64,000 bases of DNA from Actinomycetota bacterium (lineage in GTDB: Bacteria > Actinomycetota > Acidimicrobiia > Acidimicrobiales > Aldehydirespiratoraceae), in contig JAPOHW010000002.1 of the NCBI GenBank assembly GCA_029979265.1, positions 24,552 to 88,551 on the forward strand, written 5' to 3'. Position numbers and translations under genes: made by a program. Below the pieces are notes generated by a model. That model was not told the DNA's origin. It worked only from the letters and a program-made list of their open reading frames with translations, and did no database searches. Of the stretch, positions 1-8,442 are shown piece by piece (within the stretch, counting starts at the first letter, position 1; every line of letters starts with the position of its first letter).

Positions 1-22
1 ACAGCCCCGCTATGGTCGGCTC

Positions 23-529
23 GTGTCCGAGCCGGCCGGTGGCGACGAGATCCTCGACGCCGAACAGCAGATCCAGGCAGTACTCGGCGACCGGCCGCTC
101 GACTTCACCTCGATGCAGGCCATCTCGAACATCTACCGGGCCGCCGCGTCGGTTCGCCGACGAGCGGAACGAACCGTTCTCGCCGAGCACAACCTGTCGT
201 GGGGCGGTTTCACCTGCCTGTGGGTGCTGTGGGTCTGGGGCGAGATGGAGACTGCGAATCTCGCATCCGAATGCGACCTGGCGAAAGGCACGCTCACCGG
301 GCTTCTCACCACGCTGGAGAAGCAACAGCTGGTCGAGCGAACACGGCTCGAAGCCGATCGACGGCGCGTCGTGGTGCACCTCACCGATGTCGGCCGCGCC
401 ACGATCGAGGACGTCTTCCCCCTCTTCAATGCCTTCGAAGGCGACATGTCAGCCGGTCTCTCCGTCGAGCAGAAGCAGGCGTTGGCCCACCATCTGCGGC
501 GGGTGATCACCAACGCCACCGACGACTGA
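23..529 (+). CDS. MarR-family transcriptional regulator
   Basis: 168-aa ORF. Winged-HTH stretch 'LASECDLAKGTLTGLLTTLEKQQLVERTRLEADRRRVVVHLTDVG' is typical of MarR. Stop TGA 527-529. Confidence 0.8.
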   Translation: MSEPAGGDEILDAEQQIQAVLGDRPLDFTSMQAISNIYRAAASVRRRAERTVLAEHNLSWGGFTCLWVLWVWGEMETANLASECDLAKGTLTGLLTTLEKQQLVERTRLEADRRRVVVHLTDVGRATIEDVFPLFNAFEGDMSAGLSVEQKQALAHHLRRVITNATDD

Positions 530-548
530 GCCTGCCGGTGGCGCAGGC
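530..548. terminator. Weak hairpin between convergent genes (GCCTGC-N7-GCAGGC)
   Basis: 6-bp inverted repeat 530-535/543-548 directly after the MarR stop. No T-tract. Confidence 0.25.
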
Positions 549-559
549 ATCGCCGGGCG

Positions 560-847
560 TCAGATCGTGATGTCGGCGATGAGATCGAGGTCGGTGAAGG
601 TCACCTCACCGACCGCTGCACCGAACTCGGCTGCCGCCGCCTGAGTGACTGCGAGTTCGTTGTTCAACTCGGCTTCCTCGACCGAGTCGAAGAAGATCAA
701 CTGGTGCACGACCCCGGGCCGATTTCGGTCGGCGCAGATCATCGCCCGACGGGCATAGGTCTCGCCTTGCGCCGCGTCGGCATACTCGTTCAGCAGGCGA
801 ACCGCCTCCTGAGGGTCGAGTTCGAATTCCATGATCTGAACAAACAC
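560..847 (-). CDS. Small conserved-looking alpha+beta protein of unknown function (95 aa)
   Basis: GTG start at 847, preceded 7 nt upstream by GGAGGAG (reverse complement of 855-861). Protein 'VFVQIMEFELDPQEAVRLLNEYADAA...'. The rest of the 310-aa track ORF upstream is an Arg/Pro-rich artefact. Confidence 0.55.
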   Translation of the reverse strand: MFVQIMEFELDPQEAVRLLNEYADAAQGETYARRAMICADRNRPGVVHQLIFFDSVEEAELNNELAVTQAAAAEFGAAVGEVTFTDLDLIADITI

Positions 848-942
848 GATGGGTCTCCTCCATTGCGGACGGTTCGGCGTCGCTCGGCCGTCAAAGATCG
901 ACGGTAGCCGACCGGGCATCCTCGGTGCCCGGCAACGAGGAA

Positions 943-2091
943 TCAGTCGGCTCGCCGACGAAGTTCGTCGAGCAGCCAGGGGTCGTGCCGGCCGAGCGCC
1001 GGCACGGCGGGATCTGCGTCGGGCAGACCGTCGATGTTGAACGGGGCCCGATAGGTCCGAGTCCGGCCGGTCGGCAACTCGGTGGTGACGAAACGATCGC
1101 GGGCCCGCAACTGTTCGTGCTCCCACACCGCATGCGGGTCGTTGACCCTGCTGAAGGCGATCCGCGCGTTCCGCAGACGATCGAGTATCTCCTCGGCCGG
1201 TACCGCAGAGAGGGCGGCTCGAAGCAGCGGTTCGAAGGCATCGATGTGACGAATACGTGCCTCGTTGGTCGAGAACCGGTCGTCGGTCACGAGGTCGGGC
1301 ATGGCGAACACGTCGCACGCAAGCGCCTCCCACTCGGCCTGATTCTGGACGGCCAGCACGATCTCGCTGCCGTCCTCGAGTGGGTAGACGCCGTAGGGGG
1401 CGATCATGGCGTGGCGGTGGCCGGCCCGCACCGGCCGAGCACCGCGCCCCACAGCACCGTATGTGGGCGCTGCGGTCCATTCGGCGAGACACTCGAGCAT
1501 CGACAGTTCGATCGTGGCCCCCTCCCCGGTCCGAGCGCGGCGATACAGCGCAGCAAGGATCGACGACAGTGCATACATCGCACTGGCGATGTCGGCGACG
1601 GAGAAGCCGACCTTGCTCGGCGTGTCTTCCGAGCCGGTGAGCGCGATGGCACCGGCCTCGGCTTGGATCGCAAGGTCGTACGCCTTGTCGTCGGTGCGGG
1701 GACCGCCGAGCCCGTATCCGCTGATCCCACAGGCGACGATCGTCTGGTGGCGATCGCGCACCTGATGGGCGAGCAGACCAAGGCGATCAGCAGCAGCAGG
1801 GGCCAGATTCTGGATGAACACATCGGCCCCGGCGAGCAGCGACTCGAAGGTCGCTCGATCGTCGGCATCCTTGAGGTCGAGCTCGAGACTGTCCTTGCCG
1901 CGGTTGCCCCACACGAAGAATGCCGAGCTGCCCTCGACAGCCGTGTCGTAGTCGCGGGCGAAATCGCCCGACCCGGGCCGTTCGATCTTGAGGACCCGTG
2001 CCCCGAGATCGACGAGTTGCCTGGTGCAGAACGGCGCAGCAATCGCCTGTTCGACCGCAAGCACGATGATTCCGTCCAGTGGGGCTGCCAT
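943..2091 (-). CDS. Family III CoA-transferase (CaiB/BaiF type)
   Basis: 382 aa. N-terminus 'GIIVLAVEQAIAAPFCTRQLVDLGARVLKIERPGSGDFARDYD' matches the CaiB/BaiF signature. Its ATG overlaps the upstream ACAD stop by 1 nt (TGATG). Confidence 0.85.
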   Translation of the reverse strand: MAAPLDGIIVLAVEQAIAAPFCTRQLVDLGARVLKIERPGSGDFARDYDTAVEGSSAFFVWGNRGKDSLELDLKDADDRATFESLLAGADVFIQNLAPAAADRLGLLAHQVRDRHQTIVACGISGYGLGGPRTDDKAYDLAIQAEAGAIALTGSEDTPSKVGFSVADIASAMYALSSILAALYRRARTGEGATIELSMLECLAEWTAAPTYGAVGRGARPVRAGHRHAMIAPYGVYPLEDGSEIVLAVQNQAEWEALACDVFAMPDLVTDDRFSTNEARIRHIDAFEPLLRAALSAVPAEEILDRLRNARIAFSRVNDPHAVWEHEQLRARDRFVTTELPTGRTRTYRAPFNIDGLPDADPAVPALGRHDPWLLDELRRRAD

Positions 2092-3296
2092 CAGCGGTCC
2101 TTGGGCAGAAAACCACCACGGGTCTGGGGCAGCTTCATGTCGAGGATTCGGCTGGCCACGACCGTCCGCAGAATCTGGGCCGTCCCGCCACCGATGGTGA
2201 ACATTCGAACGTCGCGGTACATGCGCTCGAGCGGGTGGCGTCGCGAGTAGCCGGCTGCGCCGTGCACCTGCAACGCGTCACTCACCACCTGGATGGCAGC
2301 CTCCGACGTGAAGATCTTCGCCTGGGCGGCGAGCGCAGGATCGGGGAACGCCGATCCGTCCGGTCCCTGCGATGCAGCGGCTCGATACGTGAGGCTCCTG
2401 GCCGCTTCGAGCTTGACGCTCATGTCGGCGAGCATCCACTGGAGACCCTGAAACTCGGCGATCGGCCGATCGAATTGCTCTCGTTCTTTCGCAAAGGCCA
2501 ACGCCTGTTCGTACGCACCCTGGGCGATACCGAGTGCCACCGTCCCGGCACCGACTCGCTGCGCGTTGTAGGCGTTCATCAGGTCAGCGAACCCGCGACG
2601 CAACCCGGAGGGTGGCATCACGACCATGTCGGGGCCGACGTACATGTCCTCGAAGGCGACCTCCATTTCTGGGATTGCTCGAAGACCCATGGTCGGCTCG
2701 CGGCGGCCGAACCGCAGACCCTCGGTTTCGTCGCGAATCGCAAGGAAGCCGCCGATGCCTTCCTCGGCGCCGTCCTCGTCGAAGACGCGAGCGAAGATCA
2801 GATGCAGGCGGCTGACCGACCCACCGGTGATCCAGTGTTTCGTTCCGTTCAGGACGAACCCGTCACCGTGGCGGTCGGCGCGCGTCGTCATCATCGACGC
2901 GGCGGAACCGGCACCGGGCTCGGTGATGCAGATCGCAGGCTTGTCGCCGGCAAGCACCAGTTCGGCGGCGAGCTGCTTTTGTGCATGGGTGCCGTAGGTC
3001 ATCACCGCAGAGATGGCGCCCATGTTCGCCTCGACGGCGATGCGACCGGTGACGCCACAGACCTTCGCCATCTCCTCGACCACCAGGATCGCGTCGTGGA
3101 TCGAGTGCCCCGGACCCCCGTATTCGCCGGGAATGCACATGCCGGTGAAGCCGGCCTGCTGCAATGCCTCGACGTTCGGCCAGGGATACTGCTCGGCCTC
3201 GTCGACGGCGGCGGCCCGCGGGCCGATGACATCTTGGGCCAACGATCGGGCCTTGGCCTGGAGTTCGAGTTGTTGGTCGGTCAGTTGCCAGGTCAT
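2091..3296 (-). CDS. Acyl-CoA dehydrogenase family protein
   Basis: Start taken at 'MTWQLTDQQLELQ'. ACAD N-, middle- and C-domain pattern ('GFTGMCIPGEYGG', 'ITEPGAGS', 'LNGTKHWITGG'). C-terminal 'FTIGGGTAQILR' stands where MCAD has 'IYEGT'. Confidence 0.85.
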   Translation of the reverse strand: MTWQLTDQQLELQAKARSLAQDVIGPRAAAVDEAEQYPWPNVEALQQAGFTGMCIPGEYGGPGHSIHDAILVVEEMAKVCGVTGRIAVEANMGAISAVMTYGTHAQKQLAAELVLAGDKPAICITEPGAGSAASMMTTRADRHGDGFVLNGTKHWITGGSVSRLHLIFARVFDEDGAEEGIGGFLAIRDETEGLRFGRREPTMGLRAIPEMEVAFEDMYVGPDMVVMPPSGLRRGFADLMNAYNAQRVGAGTVALGIAQGAYEQALAFAKEREQFDRPIAEFQGLQWMLADMSVKLEAARSLTYRAAASQGPDGSAFPDPALAAQAKIFTSEAAIQVVSDALQVHGAAGYSRRHPLERMYRDVRMFTIGGGTAQILRTVVASRILDMKLPQTRGGFLPKDR

Positions 3297-3303
3297 GTCG
3301 TTC

Positions 3304-4491
3304 TCAATAGCTCTTGGGCAGGCCAAGGCACTTCTGTGCAACAAAGGCCAGGACGAGATTGTTGTTGATCGGGGCTACTTGGTAGAGGCGGGTCTCACGC
3401 AGCTTGCGTTCGATGTCGTATTCCGACGCGAATCCGAAGCCGCCGAACGTTTGCACGGCGGCATTGCCTGCTTCCCACGATGCCTCTGATGCCAGCATCT
3501 TTGCCATGTTGGCCTCCGCCCCACACGACTCGCCTCGGTCGAACAGGTTGGCGGCCTGCCAGCGCATGAGATCAGCAGCTCGGACGTTGGCGTACGCCTT
3601 CGCAAGCGGGAACTGCACCCCTTGATTCATGCCGATCGGGCGGCCGAACACGTGTCGCTCATTGGCGTAGTCGCTCGCTCGGTCGAGAAAGAACCGGCCG
3701 TCACCGATGCACTCTGCGGCAATCAGGATCCGCTCGGCGTTCATCCCGTCGAGGATGTGACGGAATCCCATGCCCTCGGTGCCGATGAGCGCCTCGGCGG
3801 GAATCTCGACATCGTCGAAGTACACCTCGTTGGTGTTGTGATTCATCATGGTCTCGATCGGGTTGATGGTCAGACCGGGGATGAGTTCACCCGACTCGGT
3901 GCGCATCTCGACGATGAAGACGGAGAGGCCCTCGACCCGGTTGGTCACTTCGTCGGCAGGGGTCGTGCGAGCCAGCAGGATCATCAGGTCGGATTGTCGA
4001 GCGCGGCTGGTCCAGATCTTTTGGCCGTTGATGCGCCACACGTCGCCGTCGCGTACCGCTCGGGTCGAGATGGCCGTCGTTTCTGAGCCAGCGGTGGGCT
4101 CGGTCACACCGAACGCCTGCAGACGCTTTCGGCCATCGGCGACCTGGGGCAGATAGTGCGCCTTTTGTTCTGCCGAACCATGGCGGAGCAGTGTCCCCAT
4201 CACGTACATCTGCGCGTGACAGGCGGACGGATTGCCTCCGCTCGCCGCGATCTCCTCGAGGATGACCGACGCGCCTGCGAGGCTGAGCCCTCCACCGCCG
4301 TACTCCTCGGGGATCAACGAGCCGAGCCAGCCTTGGTCGGTGAGTTCCTGCACGAACTCGGTTGGATAGTGGTCCGGTTCCAGACCGCGCCAGTACTCGT
4401 TGCCGTACCTGTCGCAGAGTCGGCGAACTTCGGTCCGGATGTCGTCGAAGTCCTGGGGCTTGGCATCAGAGGTGGTGGACACGGCCTGCAT
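3304..4491 (-). CDS. Acyl-CoA dehydrogenase family protein
   Basis: 395 aa with 'GWLGSLIPEEYGGGGLS', 'VTEPTAGSE', 'INGQKIWTS' and a C-terminal 'LGLPKSY'. Lies 7 nt upstream of the second ACAD. Confidence 0.85.
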   Translation of the reverse strand: MQAVSTTSDAKPQDFDDIRTEVRRLCDRYGNEYWRGLEPDHYPTEFVQELTDQGWLGSLIPEEYGGGGLSLAGASVILEEIAASGGNPSACHAQMYVMGTLLRHGSAEQKAHYLPQVADGRKRLQAFGVTEPTAGSETTAISTRAVRDGDVWRINGQKIWTSRARQSDLMILLARTTPADEVTNRVEGLSVFIVEMRTESGELIPGLTINPIETMMNHNTNEVYFDDVEIPAEALIGTEGMGFRHILDGMNAERILIAAECIGDGRFFLDRASDYANERHVFGRPIGMNQGVQFPLAKAYANVRAADLMRWQAANLFDRGESCGAEANMAKMLASEASWEAGNAAVQTFGGFGFASEYDIERKLRETRLYQVAPINNNLVLAFVAQKCLGLPKSY

Positions 4492-4504
4492 GTTCCCAGA
4501 CCCT

Positions 4505-4524
4505 CGAGGGTGACGTCACCCTCG
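4505..4524. promoter_or_regulatory. 20-bp perfect palindrome CGAGGGTGACGTCACCCTCG (candidate operator or 5'-UTR hairpin)
   Basis: All 10 base pairs checked position by position. Sits 13 nt upstream of the ACAD ATG (4491, minus strand) in a 139-bp divergent intergenic region. Confidence 0.5.
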
Positions 4525-4598
4525 CCGGGCACATCTTCTCGAATGGCTGACACAGCAGAACCCGACCAGCGGCGACCGACCGCTGCAGACCCGATTGA

Positions 4599-4616
4599 TC
4601 GTTCGGATCCGAACGA
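4599..4616. promoter_or_regulatory. 18-bp perfect palindrome TCGTTCGGATCCGAACGA (candidate operator)
   Basis: All 9 base pairs checked. Ends 14 nt upstream of the ADC-family ATG at 4631. Confidence 0.5.
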
Positions 4617-4630
4617 ATTACGGTCCCGGC

Positions 4631-5443
4631 ATGGCCGAACTCACGGGCTTCACGTACCCCCGAACCCCCACCGGGGCAGGCAGCGTTCTTCCCGACCCCC
4701 CATGGCACTACTCCGGGGACATGCTGACGATCGAATTCCGCACCGACCCGGCCAACGTGGCCGAACTCCTCCCCAACGGCTTCGAACTCGCCGAGGAGGA
4801 CCCAGGCGCATGCGCACTGATCTGGGCGTGGTGGCAGAGCTGCTCGGATTCGTTCGAGGAACTGCTCGATCCGTCCCGGGCCCAATACAACGAGACCTTT
4901 CTCGTCGTGCGCTGCCGGTACGACGGGGTCACCTACAGCCGCGCCGTGTACATCTGGGTCGACAAGGACTTCGCCATGTCACGAGGCCATGTGCAGGGCT
5001 ACCCGAAGAAACTCGGCGAGATGTGGATGACCAAGCCGGTGCCGTACGGCAGGGCCGGGCCCCGCCTCGAACCGGGTGGGCGGTTCGGCGCAACCCTGTC
5101 GACCTTCGGTCGCCGTCTCGCGAACGCCAGCTTCACCATCACGGGACTGGCCGATACGCCTGGCTTCGTGAACGGCCACCCGATGCTCCACAGCCGCCAG
5201 ATGCCCGCAATCGAGATGGACGGTCGCGATTCGCTCGACGAACTCGTCACCATGACCGGCTACGACGCCGAGGCCGGCCCGGTCTATGCCGGTGATGCAA
5301 CGCTCGAGCTCCTCGACGCACCCACCGAGGAGCTCACCCGTCTTGCCCCCTTCGAGATCATCGGGGGGTACTTCCGCCAGGTCGGTCAGTCGATGCACGC
5401 CGGCACGACGGTCGTCGCCCACCCGAACCCGTTGGCGACATGA
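4631..5443 (+). CDS. Acetoacetate decarboxylase (ADC) family protein
   Basis: 'MAELTGFTYPRTPTGAGSVLPDPPWHYSGDMLTIEFRTDP...VYIWVDKDFAMSRGHVQGYPKK' fits the ADC-family fold signature. Start chosen at the ATG after the palindrome; a TTG at 4595 is the alternative. Confidence 0.7.
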   Translation: MAELTGFTYPRTPTGAGSVLPDPPWHYSGDMLTIEFRTDPANVAELLPNGFELAEEDPGACALIWAWWQSCSDSFEELLDPSRAQYNETFLVVRCRYDGVTYSRAVYIWVDKDFAMSRGHVQGYPKKLGEMWMTKPVPYGRAGPRLEPGGRFGATLSTFGRRLANASFTITGLADTPGFVNGHPMLHSRQMPAIEMDGRDSLDELVTMTGYDAEAGPVYAGDATLELLDAPTEELTRLAPFEIIGGYFRQVGQSMHAGTTVVAHPNPLAT

Positions 5444-5506
5444 GATGCCGACGAGCGAGAGCCGCTCACCGACCCGGGCCATGTCATTCGGCTCCAAACG
5501 ATTAGG

Positions 5507-6793
5507 GTGCCGCGGATGGTGAAGGGCGCCACGTTCGTCGACGACTACCTGGCCGACCTTGGTCCCGACGACGCGGACATCACCTCGCACGACACCTACA
5601 CCCACGGCGTCCCGCACGCGACCTTCGCCCGACTTCGCAGGGAGGATCCCGTCCACTGGACCCCCGAGACCGACGGGTCGGGCTTCTGGTCGATCACGAC
5701 CTATGAGCACGCACTCCACGTCAGCCGCGACGTCGACACCTACACCTCTGCACAGGGCATCCGCCTCGAGGAAATGGATGCCGAGGAGCATGCGGCTCGC
5801 AAGACGATGATGGAAATGGATCCACCGGAGCACACCCGCTACCGGCGACTCGTCAACAAGGGGTTCACCCGCCGAACGGTCGAGTCCTACGAGCAGCCGA
5901 TCCGGTCCCTCGCCGCCGAGGTAGTCGAGCGGGCGTTGCAACACGACCACTTCGACTTCGTTCACGAGATCGCCGAAGAACTCCCGATGCGCATGCTCGG
6001 CAAGCTCCTCGGCACCTCCGACGAACACGGCCGCCAGCTCGTCACCTGGGGCGATGCCCTGCTCGGCAACACCGACCCCGACTTCACCGACTACCCGGTC
6101 GACTTGGTCGACACCGACGAGTTCCGCATGGTTCCGTTCCGTTCCCCCGCAGCGATCGAGATCTTCTCGTTCGCCCAGGAGCAGGCCGAGCAGCGCCGAC
6201 GCTGCCCGCGCGACGACATCATCGGCCAGTTGCTCGAACCGGCCATCGACGGCGTACCCCTCACCGACCACGAGTTCAACAACTTCTTCACCCTGCTCGT
6301 CGCAGCCGGTAACGACACCACCCGCTACACGATCACTCACGGCGTGTGGACGATGATGAACCACCCGCAGCTCTGGCAGGGTCTCCGCGATCATCCCGAG
6401 CTCATGTCGAACGCAGTGGAGGAGGTGCTCCGCACCAGCGCAGTCACCATGCACTTTCGGCGCACCGCCACCGCCGACACCGAACTCGGCGGCAAGCAGA
6501 TCACCGCCGGCGACAAGGTTGCCATGTGGTTCAACTCGGCCAACCACGACGAGGAGGGTTTCGAGCACCCCTTCCGCTTCGACATGACCCGCCACAAGAA
6601 CGACCACATGACGTTCGGCCGCAACGGACCCCACCTGTGTCTCGGTGCCTGGCTCGCCCGCATGGAGGTTCGCCTCGTGTTCGAGGAACTGATGAAACGG
6701 ATCGATCGACTCGAGCTGGCCGGTGACATCGCCCACCTGCGCTCGAACTTCATCGCTGGCATCAAGCGCATGCCGGTGCGCGTGATCGCCTAG
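5507..6793 (+). CDS. Cytochrome P450
   Basis: Heme-binding loop 'FGRNGPHLCLGAWLA', 'EEVLR' (ExxR) and I-helix 'LLVAAGNDTT'. Start is GTG 5507 or ATG 5516. Confidence 0.9.
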   Translation: MPRMVKGATFVDDYLADLGPDDADITSHDTYTHGVPHATFARLRREDPVHWTPETDGSGFWSITTYEHALHVSRDVDTYTSAQGIRLEEMDAEEHAARKTMMEMDPPEHTRYRRLVNKGFTRRTVESYEQPIRSLAAEVVERALQHDHFDFVHEIAEELPMRMLGKLLGTSDEHGRQLVTWGDALLGNTDPDFTDYPVDLVDTDEFRMVPFRSPAAIEIFSFAQEQAEQRRRCPRDDIIGQLLEPAIDGVPLTDHEFNNFFTLLVAAGNDTTRYTITHGVWTMMNHPQLWQGLRDHPELMSNAVEEVLRTSAVTMHFRRTATADTELGGKQITAGDKVAMWFNSANHDEEGFEHPFRFDMTRHKNDHMTFGRNGPHLCLGAWLARMEVRLVFEELMKRIDRLELAGDIAHLRSNFIAGIKRMPVRVIA

Positions 6794-6837
6794 CCGAGCG
6801 CCCCTACCCACCGATACCACAGGCCGAGGAGCAGACC

Positions 6838-7698
6838 ATGGGAGCAATCGTCGGAGCCGCACTCGTGTCGCATGTCCCACCGCTGGTGTTGCCCGAAGCG
6901 GTGCGCCGTGCGATGAACGACGGCGAGGACACCACGCTGGTTGGAGGGCTTCATCGCCTGCGGGCCGAAAAACTCGCACCGCTCGAAGCCGACACGGTCG
7001 TGGTGCTCGACACCCACTGGTTCACCACGATCGAACACGTCGTCGCGTCCCACGACCGCCGCACCGGGAGGTACACCTCCGAGGAGCTACCTCGGGGTAT
7101 GCGCCAGATGCCCTACGACATGCCCGGCGATCGCGAGCTCGCCGAACGCTGGGCCGAACTGTCCGACGACCGAGACGACACCTGGATCACTGCGATCGAC
7201 GACGAGTACCTGCCGGTGCACTACCCCACCATCAACCTCCTCCCCTTCCTCCAGGGCGACGAGGCGTGGCTGTCGGCCGGTATCTGTCAAACCGCCGAGC
7301 CCGACGACTTCTTGCTCTTCGGGAACCTGCTCGCCCAGGCGGTCGAGTCGCTGGATCGACGGGTTGTGATCCTTGCGAGCGGTGGTCTCAGCCATCGGTT
7401 CTGGCCGCTCAAGCAGTTCCGTGATCACGAAGGAGCCGACCCCGACACCCACGCCCGAACGCCCGAGGCTGCAGCGGCCGACCGTCGAGTGCTCGAGTGG
7501 ATGACGGGCGGCGACCACGCGGCGATCATCGACTTCGTGCCCGAGTTCGCCCGTCATGCGCCCGAGGGATTCTTCGGCCACTACCTCACCATGGTCGGTG
7601 CTCTCGGCGGTGCTGCCTGCACCGCAACAGGACAGCAATTCGGTGCCTACGAGGCCGTCGCAGGAACGGGTCAGGCCCACGTATGGTTCGATCTGTGA
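6838..7698 (+). CDS. Class III extradiol ring-cleavage dioxygenase (LigB family)
   Basis: 286 aa. 'GAALVSHVPPL...VVVLDTHWF...ILASGGLSHRFWP' is typical of LigB/DODA-type dioxygenases. Confidence 0.75.
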   Translation: MGAIVGAALVSHVPPLVLPEAVRRAMNDGEDTTLVGGLHRLRAEKLAPLEADTVVVLDTHWFTTIEHVVASHDRRTGRYTSEELPRGMRQMPYDMPGDRELAERWAELSDDRDDTWITAIDDEYLPVHYPTINLLPFLQGDEAWLSAGICQTAEPDDFLLFGNLLAQAVESLDRRVVILASGGLSHRFWPLKQFRDHEGADPDTHARTPEAAAADRRVLEWMTGGDHAAIIDFVPEFARHAPEGFFGHYLTMVGALGGAACTATGQQFGAYEAVAGTGQAHVWFDL

Positions 7699-8420
7699 GC
7701 GGAACCGGTCGCAGCGCCCTCGTCATTGCCCACGAGCCCGACGGTCCGTCGGGCCAGGTTGGTGTCCGCCTCACCGAACGAGGCTTCGACCTCCACACCC
7801 ACCTGGTGACCGACGACTACGACCGGCCCCAAGCCTTCGCCCCCTGGCCGGCATTCGACGACTTCGACCTGATCGTCGTCATGGGTTCCATCCGATCGCT
7901 CACCGACAAGGACCAGATCAGTTCGTGGATCCATGACGAGATCGCCGACATCGGGGCGGCGATCGAGCGAGACCAACCCGTCTTGGGCGTGTGCTTCGGG
8001 GGTCAGCTGATCGCCGACGCGACCGGTGGCTCTGTCGAGGTCTCGCCCACGGTCGAGGTCGGCTGGTACGAGGTCGAACCGCTCGACGGTGCTCCCGACG
8101 TCATCGCCGACGGACCGTGGTTCGAGTGGCATCACGACCGCTTTCACCCGCCACCCCACGCCGATGTTCTCGGTCGCAACGAGTCCTCTACCCAACTGAT
8201 CCGGATCGGTCGAAGTGTCGGGACCCAGTTTCACCCCGAGGTGGATGTCCCCCATGTCGAGGGCTTCCTCCGGGATGCGCCACCGGCCTACCTCGACGAG
8301 ATCGGCATCGTCCCCGACCAGATGATCGAACAGATGCGGGAGATGCAGGCCGACAACTCGCGACGCTGCCACCAGTTGGTCGATTGGTTCCTCGACGAGG
8401 TGGCGTTCCCGGGCGAGTAG
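7695..8420 (+). CDS. Class I glutamine amidotransferase-like protein
   Basis: GTGA overlap with the LigB-type gene. Nucleophile elbow 'VLGVCFGGQLIA' and 'TQFHPEVD' (His/Glu) are present. Alternative ATG at 7683. Confidence 0.75.
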   Translation: MSGTGRSALVIAHEPDGPSGQVGVRLTERGFDLHTHLVTDDYDRPQAFAPWPAFDDFDLIVVMGSIRSLTDKDQISSWIHDEIADIGAAIERDQPVLGVCFGGQLIADATGGSVEVSPTVEVGWYEVEPLDGAPDVIADGPWFEWHHDRFHPPPHADVLGRNESSTQLIRIGRSVGTQFHPEVDVPHVEGFLRDAPPAYLDEIGIVPDQMIEQMREMQADNSRRCHQLVDWFLDEVAFPGE

Positions 8421-8442
8421 CACTCAGCCCAACCGGCAGCGC

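Noticed and set aside
4979-6979. 666-aa minus-strand ORF
   Set aside because: Antisense shadow of the P450 gene in a high-GC sequence. It has no recognisable motif, and the opposite strand carries an unambiguous heme-binding loop.
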